Source of the DNA: Trichoplax sp. H2
Taxonomy: Eukaryota
Assembly: GCA_003344405.1 (NCBI GenBank)
Contig: NOWV01000283.1
Span: 1 to 64,000 of the forward strand
Direction of reading: 5' to 3'
DNA length: 64,000 bases
In this document: positions 13,501 through 27,465 of the stretch, piece by piece
Layout: each line of letters opens with the position of its first letter
Position numbering within the stretch: position 1 is the first letter of the stretch
The notes under the pieces: model-generated
Told to the model about the DNA's origin: nothing
Databases searched by the model: none
The model's input: only the letters and a program-made list of their open reading frames with translations
Translations under genes and position numbers: made by a program

Positions 13501-14343
13501 TTATTGTAGTCAAAAAAAATATGAAGAAGGATTGTCCATGTATCAGAAATCATTAAATATTCGTTTGGAAATTTCAGAAGAGAACAATTTGGATGTTGCT
13601 GATTCCTACAATCGGATTGGACAGGTATATTGTCACCAGCATAAATACGTTTATGCGCTGGATATGTATCATAAATCACTTCAAGTTCGACTGGAAGTAT
13701 TGGGAGAAGAAAATTTACAAGTTGCCAACGTACAGAATAAAATTGCTAATACCCACTTTCGCTTAGGCCAATTTAATGATGCCCTAAATATGTATCAGAA
13801 ATCGCTTAATATACGAAAAAAGTTGTTAGAGGATTGCCATGTAGAGATACTTAACTTATATACTAATTTGGGTAGCGTTTACAGGAAATTATCTAAAGTT
13901 GAAGAGTCTATAGCAATGTATGAGAATGCTCTCAAAATCCAAATTAAACTATATAAACGGAAAGATTCCAGGATTTCTAATACTCAGGAGATTTTAGCGA
14001 GATTGAAGCAGAAGCAAAATACTTCTTCATTTCCGCTTGGCCAGTTATCCTCTATAATCCGATATAATATCGGACAACGTTGCACTAGTCAACCTCAAAC
14101 CTCAACTGTTCAAATCGAGTCTACAATTAAATCACAAGGTTTGATTTTCATTTTATAAAGTAGTGAGATGATTGTCCAGACTAAACGATAAAGGATAAAA
14201 CTGTAGACCTATTTGCTTTATAGCTTTATAATAATTTTATATTTCTCATTTTTAAATTTCTGTAAGCAGAATGTACGACGGAACTACGCAACGAAAGATG
14301 CCAAGCAGAAGACACTCTGAGTAATGCTAGCTTTGATCTCTAA
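10540..14343 (+). CDS. TPR-repeat protein 1 (42-aa kinesin-light-chain/nephrocystin-3-type TPRs, about 24 units)
   Basis: ORF 10571-14158 consists of YxNIGxxYxxQxKYxEALxMYxKSLxIxxxxLG repeats. Probable start is ATG 10540-10542 followed by intron 10543-10627 (GTAAGA...TTTACAG), which joins in frame to DFRK. Possible phase-1 intron 14139-14269 and tail exon 14270-14343; otherwise the stop is at 14158. Confidence 0.9.
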
Positions 14344-14630
14344 TTAATTTATTGATCTATTTAATTGGCATAATTTCAAACATTAAGATCAAATACTAGC
14401 AAAATATGGATTTATGATAAAGGCTATAATTGTAATAGATTGTATTAAATTCCATTTCACTTATAGATAATAATGGCATACCGGCTTATAATCCTGGAAG
14501 AATGGTAAGAATTATTCAGGATTTTCCTATAGAAATGCTTTTGGTAATAAACGAAATTGTATACTAGTGAACTAATTAGGCATAAAATTAAATAGCTGAA
14601 AATTACGGCTTTACATATCGATGCCCCTTT

Positions 14631-15024
14631 ATGAATGCTAGCGTAAATATAGTCCGGTATAGATCAAATTTCACGATTGTAAAGATTGATTACGATATCG
14701 CATATCAAATATGCAATATTATTATTAATTATCATTATCATTATGTGTTGACTACTTACCATCATACCATTTTATTGCATCAAAAATTAGCAACAAATCG
14801 ATTATAGGCATAAAACTAAATTATCGTAGATTATAGCTCTGTATATCCATATCTCATATATAATGAAGGCTAGCACAAATACATACCCGTACGGATCAAG
14901 TTTAACGATTGTAGAAATAGATTACTATATCGCCAAATCAAATTTGCAATATTATTATCATTATCACTATGAGTTTTCTCCATAGCAGCATCTTATTGCA
15001 CCCAAAAGTAGTAATAAATCGATT
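14631..15024. repeat. Diverged direct repeat, two copies of about 165 bp (~14631-14803 and ~14863-15024)
   Basis: Shared ATGAA.GCTAGC, GATCAA.TTT.ACGATTGTA, GATTAC.ATATCGC, TGCAATATTATTAT, TTATTGCA, AAATCGATT. Confidence 0.85.
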
Positions 15025-18000
15025 TCTGTAGTTGGTGTTGTATGCAAAGAACTATTCAGACTTAATTAAAGATTTCATCGAGAACGCAATTTAATTTTTT
15101 AAACATTGACTATAGATGCAGTAAAATCTTTATAAAAATTGGATGCTGGGATCATTGTAAATATATATTATCTCATATTGTCCTGTACGTCCTTGCCGCT
15201 GCCAGAGAAGAACAGGGATGTGTGCCGTTTCTAAGTCTGAAAAATTTTACCTTTCTATCTTAAGCATTCGTATCATAACTATTTAGGAATTAGTGTTATC
15301 TACTAGTTTACAGTAAAAAATCTTTAATCATATATACTAAAGCACCCTAAAAAACTAATTTCTCACTGAAACGTATCATGTTAATCTCTGATGACTACGG
15401 TCCTGAATCTGCACCTGTCAATTTATAGAATCTTCCTTATGTCTTATTCTGATTTAGTTACTAGTATAGGAATGTGTCTTTTTAGTTTGCTCCTTATTTA
15501 ACTCAATACATACTGCTGATCTAATTGTGAGTTTCATTTCATGAAATATAGAAAAATAGAAAAACGCGAGAATCAAGATTATGTATAATGCAATAGGTAA
15601 AAAAATATTTCAACATTCTAGCAAATTAGTTGATGCAAGTTCCAATCCTGCAAGATATTTCAATATATCTTAGTTGAATGTAATTGTTAATATTAAATTT
15701 AACAATATTTATAACTTAGAGTTCTGATCTCCAAATGCAAAAGCAATCAATACTTAGCCGTCAATTTCAAATGGTCAAGACTAATTATTTTGTTATAATC
15801 TTGCAATATGGGTTCATAACGATGGTTTAGTTTATAATAAACAAATTTTGTATTATACTATATCAATATTAGACGTTAGATACGAAAATCAATCGATTAG
15901 GAACAATTTCTATACTTGAGTTTTAATTCTTATAGTAATAAAATTGATAATTTGACGAAATGTGCACTAATTGATAAAGTTGCAATTTCAAGAGCATTAT
16001 TTCCTAAAAACGATTCAAATTTTATTCTGACTAAGTTACTTGGGATACTCAAATATGATTCAAGTGTAGCCTAAAGATACAATAACTGATTTCTGAATTT
16101 AGATATAAAAATTTTCAGATTCTAAATTATTAGCCGAAGAACCATCAACGTATTTATAAACTAATATCTTAGTATTTTCAATATAATCCCATATTTGTTA
16201 CAAATTTCCATAAATGAAATACAAATTTGGATACATGTTAAAAGACTTAGTTTCTAATTAAGGATTTTGTAAAAGTTATAATATTCTCTTTTTATTGAAA
16301 CCTTTAAAGAAATATTGAAATTGTTCTCTTTTAATTATTATAATAAAAGATATTATACTGATATCGTACTCGTTAATATTTAATTTATCGCGGAAAGACG
16401 ACATAAAGGATGCAGTATTTGAAATAAGAACGTTACATATATTATTGAAAATTAGATTTGCCTCAATTAATAATTCCGTCACTAAGGTGATACTAACTGA
16501 TCCAATTGCCTAATTAAGTTAATTAGGCTAATTTGGTATTTTTGTGATGAAAGCTGCTCATTTATGCACCTATTTATTAGTTTAAACAAGTCAATTCTAA
16601 TATAATGACGAAGAATAAGTTCTATGGAATATTGCCATTTTTCCTCGAACGAAAATAAATGCAGTATAGTTCCGTTTGTTAGGTTTTTAGATAGTAGTAT
16701 GTAGATATCATGGTAGTAGTAGCGAATTCTTCCTGACTTTTACCTAGAAGTTGGGTTGAAGCCTATGACAATAGCCAACTTAGCTTCTTTATATTCGTTT
16801 AATTTAGTTGTTGTTAGGAATAAAGACGATATATAACAAAACTACTACTCAATTTTTTCAATCCAGAATTGTTACAACTGTTATTGCAACACAGCCACTC
16901 TTCACTTAACTCATATTACAGCATGTAATAGTGCTAATTAAGATTTTAACTATGCTGCTATATATCTTGCTAGAGGTCTATGCAACTCATCTTAATGGCA
17001 GGAAAGGAAACTCAAGCAAAATGTGAATTAAGGTATAAATAAAAATAATTCAAGGTCTATTGTATCATCATGTGGTATACGGCCTTAAATATAAGTTTAG
17101 ATGCAATTAGTCTAATTTTTTTATAGCAATAAATGGAAAAAATATTAATATTCTTCAAAGTATACTTTTTGTAATAATTTAGGTAAATTTGCTGGCAAAT
17201 AATGGCATCAAAACTCAACTTTACTATCGTATTTTTTGTAATCAATAACGTTGTAAAATTAAAACTGTGCTACATGAATAGATGGAAATACATTAGTATT
17301 TTTATTTATCGCTGTACGTATAATATAGGATTCAGAAAACAATTTAAATATCGCAAGAATCGAAATAGAATGATATCGTACTTGATGTTTTTGAGAAATA
17401 ACCTGCTTAGGAAGAAAACTGAAAAGATATTTCTGAGTAGCAGCAAATGAACAAATAATCTATTGGTAGATAGTTCAATATGTATAGTGATGATTTTCTT
17501 AACAATATGGGATTGCAATCCTCCTTAGAAGGTGAGATATTTAAACGTACAATAAAAGGTTCAGTGATGAGTATGTATTCGCCGCTGTCAGAAAGAAATT
17601 AGATCTCGATCCTTTATAAAATATTGATTGATATCTGTTCTTTGAATAGGTTAAAAATGTCAACAGAAACTGATACTTATTGTTGTCATTCATTTTATAT
17701 TACTTTATTCCATTATAAATAATTAAGCCGCTAAAGGTGAATTATTAATAATCTCTTGCGGTAACGGAAAGAAATAGCATAATTATTTAGCTGTATAGAA
17801 CTACTTTAATTTATATTGATACTCGATTAGTATATACCTTATATATAGATTCCGGTTATAAGGATATCACTCCCATTTAGAATTATAATTTGAAAATATA
17901 GCGTATTGTGCTAGTATACATACAGCGCTTATAATAATATTGAACATTTAGTTAGTATATTGACTTAGCATTTCACTGGTTTATAACAATTAGAGACTAT

Positions 18001-20651
18001 GGAAGCTATTTTGATCATGTCACTTTCGATATCTTAAGACCATATTTTTAATTAAGCTCTAGTTGAAATTAAAATTTAATCGTACTAAAATTGCAATGCG
18101 ATTTGATAAATATAAGTAAAACCAATTAATCAATCAAGCAGCCAATCAATCGATACTGCTTTTAAATATAAAATTGTTCAGATTTTTAAGAATTTCCCAT
18201 ATTTCTATGATATTTGAATTCTATCCATTGATTAGATACTTTCAATTTTCAATTTGTACTGAAAATTTAGGGAGGGTTTTTAGGAACATGCTAAAAGAAT
18301 AGCTAGCACTTGCTGCAATTTAAATTTCTATTTGCTAGAATTCATTATCATCCATATATAAAAGATTTTGTTCTATTGTTATAATACATTAAATGAGAAC
18401 ATACCCGATATTGTAGAAATAAGGGAATATCTACAACAATATCGATTTAATGCCGTTATGATTTAGAAGAAAAATAACAACTGGAGTAAACAAAACAATT
18501 TTTTAGTTCTCCTTTTTATATATTCCAATAATGTAAAATTACTACGTGTATATTATTATTAGAAATGTGTAGAATATTTAAGAATTTTAGCGGATTAATA
18601 ATCTATCCATTTCATATCTCATTTTTGCGATGAATTTATTTAACTTTATTTTGACTAATTAATTATCAGTTCTGTAATTGGTATTCAAAAAGACTATCCT
18701 ATTCCTAATTTATGAATGATATAAGGTCATAACAAGCAGGCTAACATTTGTTTTGCATTTAAATCATTGTGTGTAGGTATACAAAGTCTTATATAGCACA
18801 ATAATATTGTTATGTAGATGATAATAACCAAAGTACGTAATTAGTGATAGTTTCAGTTCAAATGACGCTATTAAAACTATGGTGCAAAATTATCTATTGA
18901 ATTATTTTATTCGGCTACAGTCAGATTAAACTTCGTCCTATTGCTAAGCTTCATATAGCTACATATTTTAACAAACATCTATCTATAAGATATTAGACAT
19001 GCATAAGATAGGCAAGTATTCTAAAGGTGTAACAATGTGTTCAATTACTATTTAATTCTAAATACGTAATAAATTACTGTGAACACGAACGAAAATATCT
19101 GATATTTAAGGCTAATAAATATTTATTTGTTTTTAAAAGCTATAATGTAAGTTCTAATGTTTTTACAGGAATCGAATAATTGTGTAAAACACTATTATTC
19201 TGTTTTAATAATGTTACATAAAGTATTAAAGGTATTTTATGTATAGATATTAAATATTAATTGATTTGATAATTCTATTAAGTAATAAACTAGAATAAGA
19301 ATAATTGTCTATAATCCATGGAAAGATCAATAGGGAAAACTTCACGAAACTATTATGTTTAGGTCATAACAAACTTACGAATAAATTTATCCTTCTGATT
19401 TGCATTACTTAAAATAAACAATTGTTTAGGTGAAATAACTGTACATGGAAGCAATTTATTGCTAGTTATCTTTTAGACTTAAAATTAAAATGGCCCTTTA
19501 TTATTACTATTTGGGTGGAGGGACAACGTTCCAATTTCTTTGATACTTTTAAATCTACTCTGAGAGCCATTATTTCATATAGTAAATTATTAAGTTTATA
19601 GGTTTATAAAAAACATACTTAGCAATATTTTTATCGGATCTTATTCAATCTGAATCAGAATGCTGACGATGAAATGGCAATAATTCAATTACTACCTTTC
19701 AGCGATTTACATGAAAAAAGACTTAATCCTATGTAATTTATACTGTAACGGAATGTTTAATTCTTCAACACAGTCGTATATTTAAACCCTAGGTAAAATA
19801 TGTACTGTGTTATTGACTTTCTGTAGTCTTACTATAGTTATGACGTCCAAAGGCAGAAACTTCCTGCTCATTAGTTACAATGTTGTTATGAATGGAAAAT
19901 GATTGTCTTTTCGTTATTTTAGGTATTTACAATTATCGTCATGGTAATCTCATCTTAATTCGCCACTTTATAGACGTTAATATTTATTTTTATAAAGTAT
20001 TGTTCCAGGTGTTAATTATACTCTGATGAATAATTTATATGAGGTAGAAATAATTACTTTCATCCTTTGCCTGGTGTATATATATCTTCTAAAGAAATGA
20101 AAGTTTGCCATATGCAGTTTGCATTAAAAGATGAAAGTTAGGACTTACATTCTATGCTAATATAAGTTGCAATTCCTAATTTCAATCTGTGAAATAACTG
20201 AAAGTCACATTGCAATGTTGGTGGTGTAAGTATTGATATCTATATCCATAGAATACTATTACGTTATCCTATCTATTTCCTGGTTTGGGTTGTTCTACAA
20301 AAGTCAACAGAATTAATCTTAGAAAAGATTTCAACAAATTTGATTGTAAAATTATCAGCATCACCAACTTTAAACTTGAAATTTACTCTCAAAGTCAACT
20401 GAAATTCATTTCATACATTGATTCTATGTATTTGTGCAAGTGATTATCAAAATTCGCATCATTATTTTAATAGAATAATTTTTATTTAGTCTATATCTCT
20501 ATAAATGTTTTAAGATTTATTTTTGTTAATTGCGTTATCGAAACTACTTTTCGATATCACTCACTATTGCTTGATATTTCATTCGCGTGTCGCCAACATA
20601 AACCAGTTGGGATTCTATTCAGCTAAGTAATCGACCAATCTAAGGAAGAAT

Positions 20652-23642
20652 ATGGACACAACTCTAGAGTCGGTAAAGGATGAGATTCATTCTTTTTGTC
20701 TAAAAGGTCATCAGGCTTTTAGTCAGGGATGTCATCATCAAGCTAGATCACATTACATGGAAGCAATGGAAACAGTAAATGGTTTAGATAGCGAAAGCAT
20801 TGATCAAGATCGACTACTATGTGATTTGTACATCAATATATCATCAACTTTCCGAGAGCAACATCAATTAGTTCAGGCACTAAAATATTGCGATCTGGCA
20901 GTCAAATTAGCAGAAAGAATGGACGATCAAATCCGATTAGCAAGGTGTTTCGATAGTTTAGGCAGTATCAATAGAAAAAATGGAGTGTATGAAGAAGCAT
21001 TAGCCCACTATGATAAATCGCTTGTTATAAAATTAGAAATTGTCAGTGAGCATAGCTTAGATGTTGCTGATACCTTTCATGGAATAGGAGAAGTTTTCTT
21101 TATCCAATCTAAATTTAAAGATGCTTTATCTATGTATAAGAAATGCTTAGCTATCCGATTAGATCTACTGGAAAAGGATCATTTATTTGTAGCTGAAGCT
21201 TACCAATCTATCGCTAATGTCTATGCTATACAGTATGAATACGAATACGAAGATGCTCTTTCTCTATATCAGTTATCTCTTGATATTCGATTGAAAATGT
21301 ACAAAAATAATAATTTACTCATTGTTCAATCTTATAACAGTATTGGTCTACTTTATTTCTATAAATACAATTATGAATATGCTTTAGCGATGTTTAAGAA
21401 ATCTCTCAGTATCATTAACGAATTATCCATGAGCAATAATATCAATAGTACTCCTATCTATGATAATTTGGGTAATTTATACTTTCATCAGGGCAAAATT
21501 AAAGAGGCATTATCTCTATTAGAAAAGTCACTCCAGATCAAGATTGAAAATCTAGGCAATAATAATTTAAGTATAGCAATTACTTACAATTACATTGGAA
21601 ATATTTATCATTATCAATTAAAACACAGCGACGCTATATCAATGTTTCAAAAATCGCTTAAAATTAAACAAGAAATCTTAGGAAATAATAATATTGAAAT
21701 AGTAAAGTCATTGGATGGCATCGGTAATGTCTATTTGTATCAATTTAAATATAAAGAAGCACTCTCTATGTATCAAAAATCGCTAAAAGTTACTTTGGAA
21801 TTATTAGGAAGTAATACTTTAGGTAGTGCAAGATCCTATGCCAATGTTGGACTTGCTTATTTTGCACTATCCAAGCGCACTGATGCTTTATTAATGTATC
21901 AAAAATCTCAAGATATTTTATTGGAAGTTTTAGGAAATGACAATATCCATATGGCATATTCCTATTTATGCTTGGGACTCGTTTATTATCAGCAGTTACA
22001 GTATCATTCTGCTCTATCGATGTTTGAAAAATCATTAAAAATACATATAGAAATTTCAGGTCATGATGCATTAGAGGCAGCTTCTATGTATTATTTTATC
22101 GGACGTCTCTCTATCGATCAACAAAAGTATCAAGAAGCCATTTCAATGTATCAGAAATGTTTACGCATAAGATTAGAAAAACTGGGAAATAATCGATCAG
22201 AAATCGCTGATATTTATTATGCTCTCGGTTTAATCTATTTCCAACAATTGAAATATAAAGATGCTCTATTTATGTATAAGAAATCATTAAATATTCGCTT
22301 AGGAATAGTAGATAATAAAAAATCTCCAAGCGATGAAGTAAATAATAAAATAGGTATCACCTACCAGCATCGTACTAAATACCAAGAAGCTCAATTATTG
22401 TATCAGGAATCTCTCAACGAAGGATTCGAAATTTTAGGAGATTATCGTTTAGGAGTTTCTTCTCTCTATTATGATATTGGACTCATCCATACCAAACAGT
22501 TTCAATATCAAGATGGCTTGAATATGTTTCGAAAATCTTTAGCAATTCAAATTGAAGTATTAGGAACCGATAATCTAAATAATACTAAGCTACAAGAAAT
22601 AATGGGGCTATTATATAAATATCAGTTTTTATATGAAGAGGCTTTGCATATGTATCAAAGTGCTTTCCATATTAGATCAAAACTGTTGGGTAATAACAGT
22701 TTAGACGTAGCTAAAAATTATCTAAATATTGGAAAACTACACTGTGATAACTTTAGATATCTAGATGCTTTAACCGCATTTGAAAAATGCCTCCAAATTC
22801 AACAGCAACTACTAGAAGATAATCACATCGATATTGCCAATACTTTTAATTATATTGGGAGAATCTATAAGTATTTACTGAAAAGTAAAGAATCTTTGAA
22901 GTACTATGAGAAAGCTCTAGACATAGCGTTAGATACAGCAGGTAGTAAAAATCTTCATGTTGCTGAATCGTATCATGGACTGGCAGATGGATATTTTATG
23001 CAACATAAATTTAAGGATGCATTATCTAATTATACAGAAGCTCTCAATATTCGGCTAGAAATAGTTGGAAATCAAGATTTAGCGGTAGCTCAGTCGTATT
23101 ATGCTATCGCTAACATTCATTTTTATCGATCCAAGTATAGGGATGCCCTCTCCATGTACCATAAATCTCTAGATATTGTAACTAAAACTTTAGGAACTAA
23201 CAATTTAACTGCTACCATCATTTATAATGGTCTTGGAAATGTATACGCTAGACAGTCAAAATATGAAGTTGCTATATCAATGTACCAGAAATCGATCAAA
23301 ATTGGAATAAAATTAATGGGATATAATTATAACTTGATTCTAGCTAATTCATATCATAATCTTGGATTAGCTTACGAAGATCAAAGCAAATATGCTAATG
23401 CTTCTTTGATGTATCAAAAATCTCTCGATATTCAACTACAAATATTTGAAATCAATCACCCAAATGTTCGCGAAACAAATGATATCATTTCTAGTTTAAA
23501 TCGCAAACTGATGCAACCCAATTCCTCAGCTAGTGTAAGCCAAATATCAGTTAAAATTCGAAACAGAGTTCGGCAGCGTGGTTCAATCTACCTCTATTTA
23601 TCTGGTGTTCCGGCCTATCCAGCAAAAGGTTCAGGAAAATAG
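20652..23642 (+). CDS. TPR-repeat protein 2 (about 20 42-aa units), closest paralog of the 10540 gene
   Basis: 996-aa ORF. Shares CDLY(L/I)NISxT(Y/F)REQHQL and DQIRLA with TPR gene 1 and has a similar C-terminal segment. Possible extra 3' exons at 23755-23820 and from 23989. Confidence 0.92.
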   Translation: MDTTLESVKDEIHSFCLKGHQAFSQGCHHQARSHYMEAMETVNGLDSESIDQDRLLCDLYINISSTFREQHQLVQALKYCDLAVKLAERMDDQIRLARCFDSLGSINRKNGVYEEALAHYDKSLVIKLEIVSEHSLDVADTFHGIGEVFFIQSKFKDALSMYKKCLAIRLDLLEKDHLFVAEAYQSIANVYAIQYEYEYEDALSLYQLSLDIRLKMYKNNNLLIVQSYNSIGLLYFYKYNYEYALAMFKKSLSIINELSMSNNINSTPIYDNLGNLYFHQGKIKEALSLLEKSLQIKIENLGNNNLSIAITYNYIGNIYHYQLKHSDAISMFQKSLKIKQEILGNNNIEIVKSLDGIGNVYLYQFKYKEALSMYQKSLKVTLELLGSNTLGSARSYANVGLAYFALSKRTDALLMYQKSQDILLEVLGNDNIHMAYSYLCLGLVYYQQLQYHSALSMFEKSLKIHIEISGHDALEAASMYYFIGRLSIDQQKYQEAISMYQKCLRIRLEKLGNNRSEIADIYYALGLIYFQQLKYKDALFMYKKSLNIRLGIVDNKKSPSDEVNNKIGITYQHRTKYQEAQLLYQESLNEGFEILGDYRLGVSSLYYDIGLIHTKQFQYQDGLNMFRKSLAIQIEVLGTDNLNNTKLQEIMGLLYKYQFLYEEALHMYQSAFHIRSKLLGNNSLDVAKNYLNIGKLHCDNFRYLDALTAFEKCLQIQQQLLEDNHIDIANTFNYIGRIYKYLLKSKESLKYYEKALDIALDTAGSKNLHVAESYHGLADGYFMQHKFKDALSNYTEALNIRLEIVGNQDLAVAQSYYAIANIHFYRSKYRDALSMYHKSLDIVTKTLGTNNLTATIIYNGLGNVYARQSKYEVAISMYQKSIKIGIKLMGYNYNLILANSYHNLGLAYEDQSKYANASLMYQKSLDIQLQIFEINHPNVRETNDIISSLNRKLMQPNSSASVSQISVKIRNRVRQRGSIYLYLSGVPAYPAKGSGK

Positions 23643-26600
23643 AAATTGTTAAGATTGATTTATTAAGTAGCATTTATCACCAAATCTTTTTTCGAGTGAC
23701 TGCAATTCTTATAATCTACATTCGTTTAATCTTTGCTTTTACTGATCATGCCAGCCGACAAAGCCGTAATCTTACCCAATTCCGAAATAATTTGCGATCG
23801 CAATAGTTTTAATATGGCAGGTGAGTAAATCAATAATACATATTTAAGTTTTAAAATTACAATTTATTAGAAATTCAATTAATGATATCCCTGAAATAGG
23901 TTAAAGAGTTTAACTTTACCACTGCAATAGATATATACTTTTTGAAAATTATTAAGCAATCTTTTTCCGTTTCGTGTGTACAATGTAGATGAAAAGCAGT
24001 CAGCGGCTGATCATGGTTCAGGATTGGTTAGAAATCTATATCTAAGCTTCATTTACTTATTTTTAGTTAGACTATATGCAACTGTTGATTTAAAGCGATT
24101 AATGGCAATCGGATGGTAGTGTAGTAGCCTTTTAAAATAGTTGTCATATAACCAAAAATTGGTTATAGACGATTAAAATAAGCTCAAATGCCAGTTGCTT
24201 AGATTATTATTTTTATCTTACTATAATTTTGCAACTATAAGATAATGATCTTGGCAATTTATAAAATTAATCGCTACTTCTTCAGATAACACACATCGAT
24301 TTTCTTTTGTTAATTAGAATGTTGATATCAGAACAAAAACCAGAATGTGTATGATTCAATAGCGAAAATTTTGGGTAAATGTCAAGAATTCAAGATCAAG
24401 TATTTATAGTTGTACCGACAATGCGACCATTTCCATAAAGCACGAAAAAATTTATACGCGATGAATGTCTCTTGTCAGCTAGGATTCTTTCAGGATGTAG
24501 ATTTGATTACACGTGTATAAATTTCGAATCCATGCTACACTTTTGTGTAATGCACTAATTTATAGTATTGGATTTAATGAAGTTTATATATGCGTATTGT
24601 CGAACATATTATATCGTTATGCTAGTGATAAATGTATCTATTTCAATATCCCTTTTCTCCAAAAGAAACCATTTTCCAATATTTAGTCTTTCTAATTGTG
24701 ATGTATAGAATTATCATAAAAACATTTTAAAATCAAATTTACTTTGCTGTCTTTCGACGATGTACAAAAATGCAACAATTTCATACGAGTTTTAAATAAT
24801 GGTCTGTACTATGAGGCCTTTATAAAATGAAAATTTGAAATACACCCAAAACATAGCGATTGCACCTTATAGTATTACTTTGTTTATATTAGATGAATCC
24901 TGCATGAGAATTAATAGTTGCAGACTATATTTCGGCATTTATTCCAGCGTTATCTATATTATAAGCACTTGCTTCTAAACATGATTCTGTTGAAATACAT
25001 TTTAGAATCGTTTTCCTCATAGGAACTTTAACTTAAGTTTTACTATGTTCTTAATAGTTTCGAAAATCAACAATCTGCTAAGATTTAGAAACTAATCACT
25101 TTAAATATTGAGATATACGGTAAAGCATTTGTTTACTTCCGGTAACTTACCATTTGATTCGGTATAGAGCTTTAAGCATGAAAGTCTAATTGTTAGATAT
25201 TAAATTTTCGTCTTGTGTTGCAATGAAAATTTTATTTGACAAAGATTTTGTTCTTAAATGTTTTTGACGTAACATATGTATCTAAGACTATTGTTATACG
25301 ATAAAACCACCATATGCCATATGCTATCGTAAATGAAAAGTGTGACTTAAAGTTAATTGCAGTTCTAATACGTAATTAATGTGTCCACGTTAGGATATTA
25401 TTTCCAAATGATTGTATCTTACTAGATCTATGTAAGTCGAGCGTTCTGCTAGTAAGTTAGTATATATCTATTTATTACGGTGTATCATAATCATCCAAAT
25501 TTCAACGAGATTATATAAGTAATTCTTTTACTTCTATCCCTGTTATACCAAGTTTCAAGTGAATATATCTCGATTGATATTTTAAAATCTTGCGCAGTAA
25601 ATCATCAAATAGCGAAATTAAATTTTTTCCATTAGTTATTTCGAATCAATGATAAAATGTTGAATTTTACGTCAATATGCTTTGAAACAGCTTTACCAGT
25701 TAAGCAATTATTGACTAATAATTAATACTATTGAATAGTCTAGATAAGTTCATATGCTACATTTTATGTTAATTTTGTTGCTCTTGTGGTTAATATGATG
25801 GTACCAAAAATCATTATATTAGAGAATTAATAAGTTAAGTATCGTACCATATATATCAGGAAAGCAGCTAGATAATAATTATTTTCAGATACTTTTCTTA
25901 AGTTCTATCTGATATTGACTTCATCATGATGTAGTTTAAGCTTGGCACAATTTCAGTGTCAGATTTAATCAGCTCGAAAGTATAAAGTACAACTGGTACT
26001 ATAAGCTGGATATAATTAGTCTAATTGTAGGGTATTGAGATTACATTGTGATTCTAGGATATTCTTAAAAAAATATGAATCTAAGTATTCTATATTGTTC
26101 GTAACTGTAGAAATAATTTCGTTGTCCGCATTAGATGAAAACATAGTTTGTCATGTCTAGATATTTATTTCACTTACGGCCTCACCTATTTCTTACAGCC
26201 ATTCGATATTTTATGGACTATTACGCTGGATGTAATTAGCATAAGCGTAGTATATTAAGATTGTAACGTAATTTTAGTTTCTCTTTGAAAAATAGAAGTA
26301 TTCTATGTTTTTCTCAAATATAGATACGATTTAATTTTTGCTACCCGAAATATCGCGCCGCAAACATTATTTGGATGCTTCGTTAATTATTTCAGTTAGA
26401 ATCTCACCATTTTGTCTAGCCATAGGATGCTTCATGGACTATTATTACTTTCAAAACTATGAATACTGCTGATTTTACCTTTGATTTTGCTAGTTGCAAT
26501 AGTTGTAATAGTTGCAATGTTGATACTTCCACATTACTTCATGCAGTGAAGGTTTATTTTTAGAATTTTTCTTCAAGCATTTTATTATTTTAATAAGTAA

Positions 26601-27340
26601 TGTATTTTTAAAATAACTTAATTTGATTTTACTACGGAAGATTTAACTTAATATCGTAAACCCGACTTCATTATTCGGATTGGAACAAAAAAATATTTTA
26701 TAGCACAATTTTGATAAGAATTTCACGATATTAGGTTGTAATTTATGTGATATATTTAGTCAGTATAATACTCATGCTCTTATCAAGGTAAAAACTTGTA
26801 GCCAATTTTGATTAAAAAATACAGTAGAAATAGTGTTACTTTGTTATTGAATACAGTGTAAACTGGAACGTTCCGATCTAGGTGCTAATTTAAGATTGTT
26901 AGTCCGTCTTAGTCTTTTTTATAGTTATATATTATATGACGTAGAAAAGCATAGTTTGTAGATTTAGAAATGTTGGGAATCTAGAGTACAATTTATCAGA
27001 TCATATGTATTTAATTTCCAGCTCGTTTGGAATGCTTTAGAAAAGTAATTTGCTAGTCTGGTACCACCAACTGCTCTGCGTAGCATATAAAAAGTGGCGT
27101 AGTTCAGTAGAAAAGCAGTTCAAGCCTTAGCTTAAGATAGAAGGTGAAGATTAGGATTTTCCTAAATTCGTGAGTAAGTCATAATTTACGTATGCAGTTT
27201 GATTAATTGTAAAATACAATTATGCCTTTGTAGTCTAGCAATCTAGAAATTATTAATATTCTTAATTTCAAATATCAATTGCCAATATGATCAATTAGCT
27301 AAATACTAACGAAATCTGTTTAATTAGCAAGTACAGTGCT

Positions 27341-27465
27341 TTGCTCCGTAACAGAGGTATCTCCCTTTAATTTTCTAGTGTTAGAATTCCAAAAATTTTA
27401 GTTTTACTCACAAATTTTCCTCCATTATTACTTTTACAATAAATTATCTGCTTGTTACGGAGTAA
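27341..27465. repeat. Short inverted repeat pair, possible decayed MITE
   Basis: TTGCTCCGTAACA (27341-27353) and TGTTACGGAGTAA (27453-27465) are 12/13 complementary. No TSD found. Confidence 0.3.

Noticed and set aside
13176..13679. 167-aa minus-strand ORF, and similar antisense ORFs at 21790, 43818, 44229, 56670 and 57051
   Set aside because: Shadow ORFs opposite TPR coding sequence with no recognisable protein features.
16502..16536. Small AT-rich palindromes (also 18406-18444 and 7168-7191)
   Set aside because: Short and of the kind expected by chance in very AT-rich DNA.
27092..27130. tRNA A/B-box-like words (also near 16710-16765)
   Set aside because: No cloverleaf stems and no second copy, so neither a tRNA nor a SINE can be supported.
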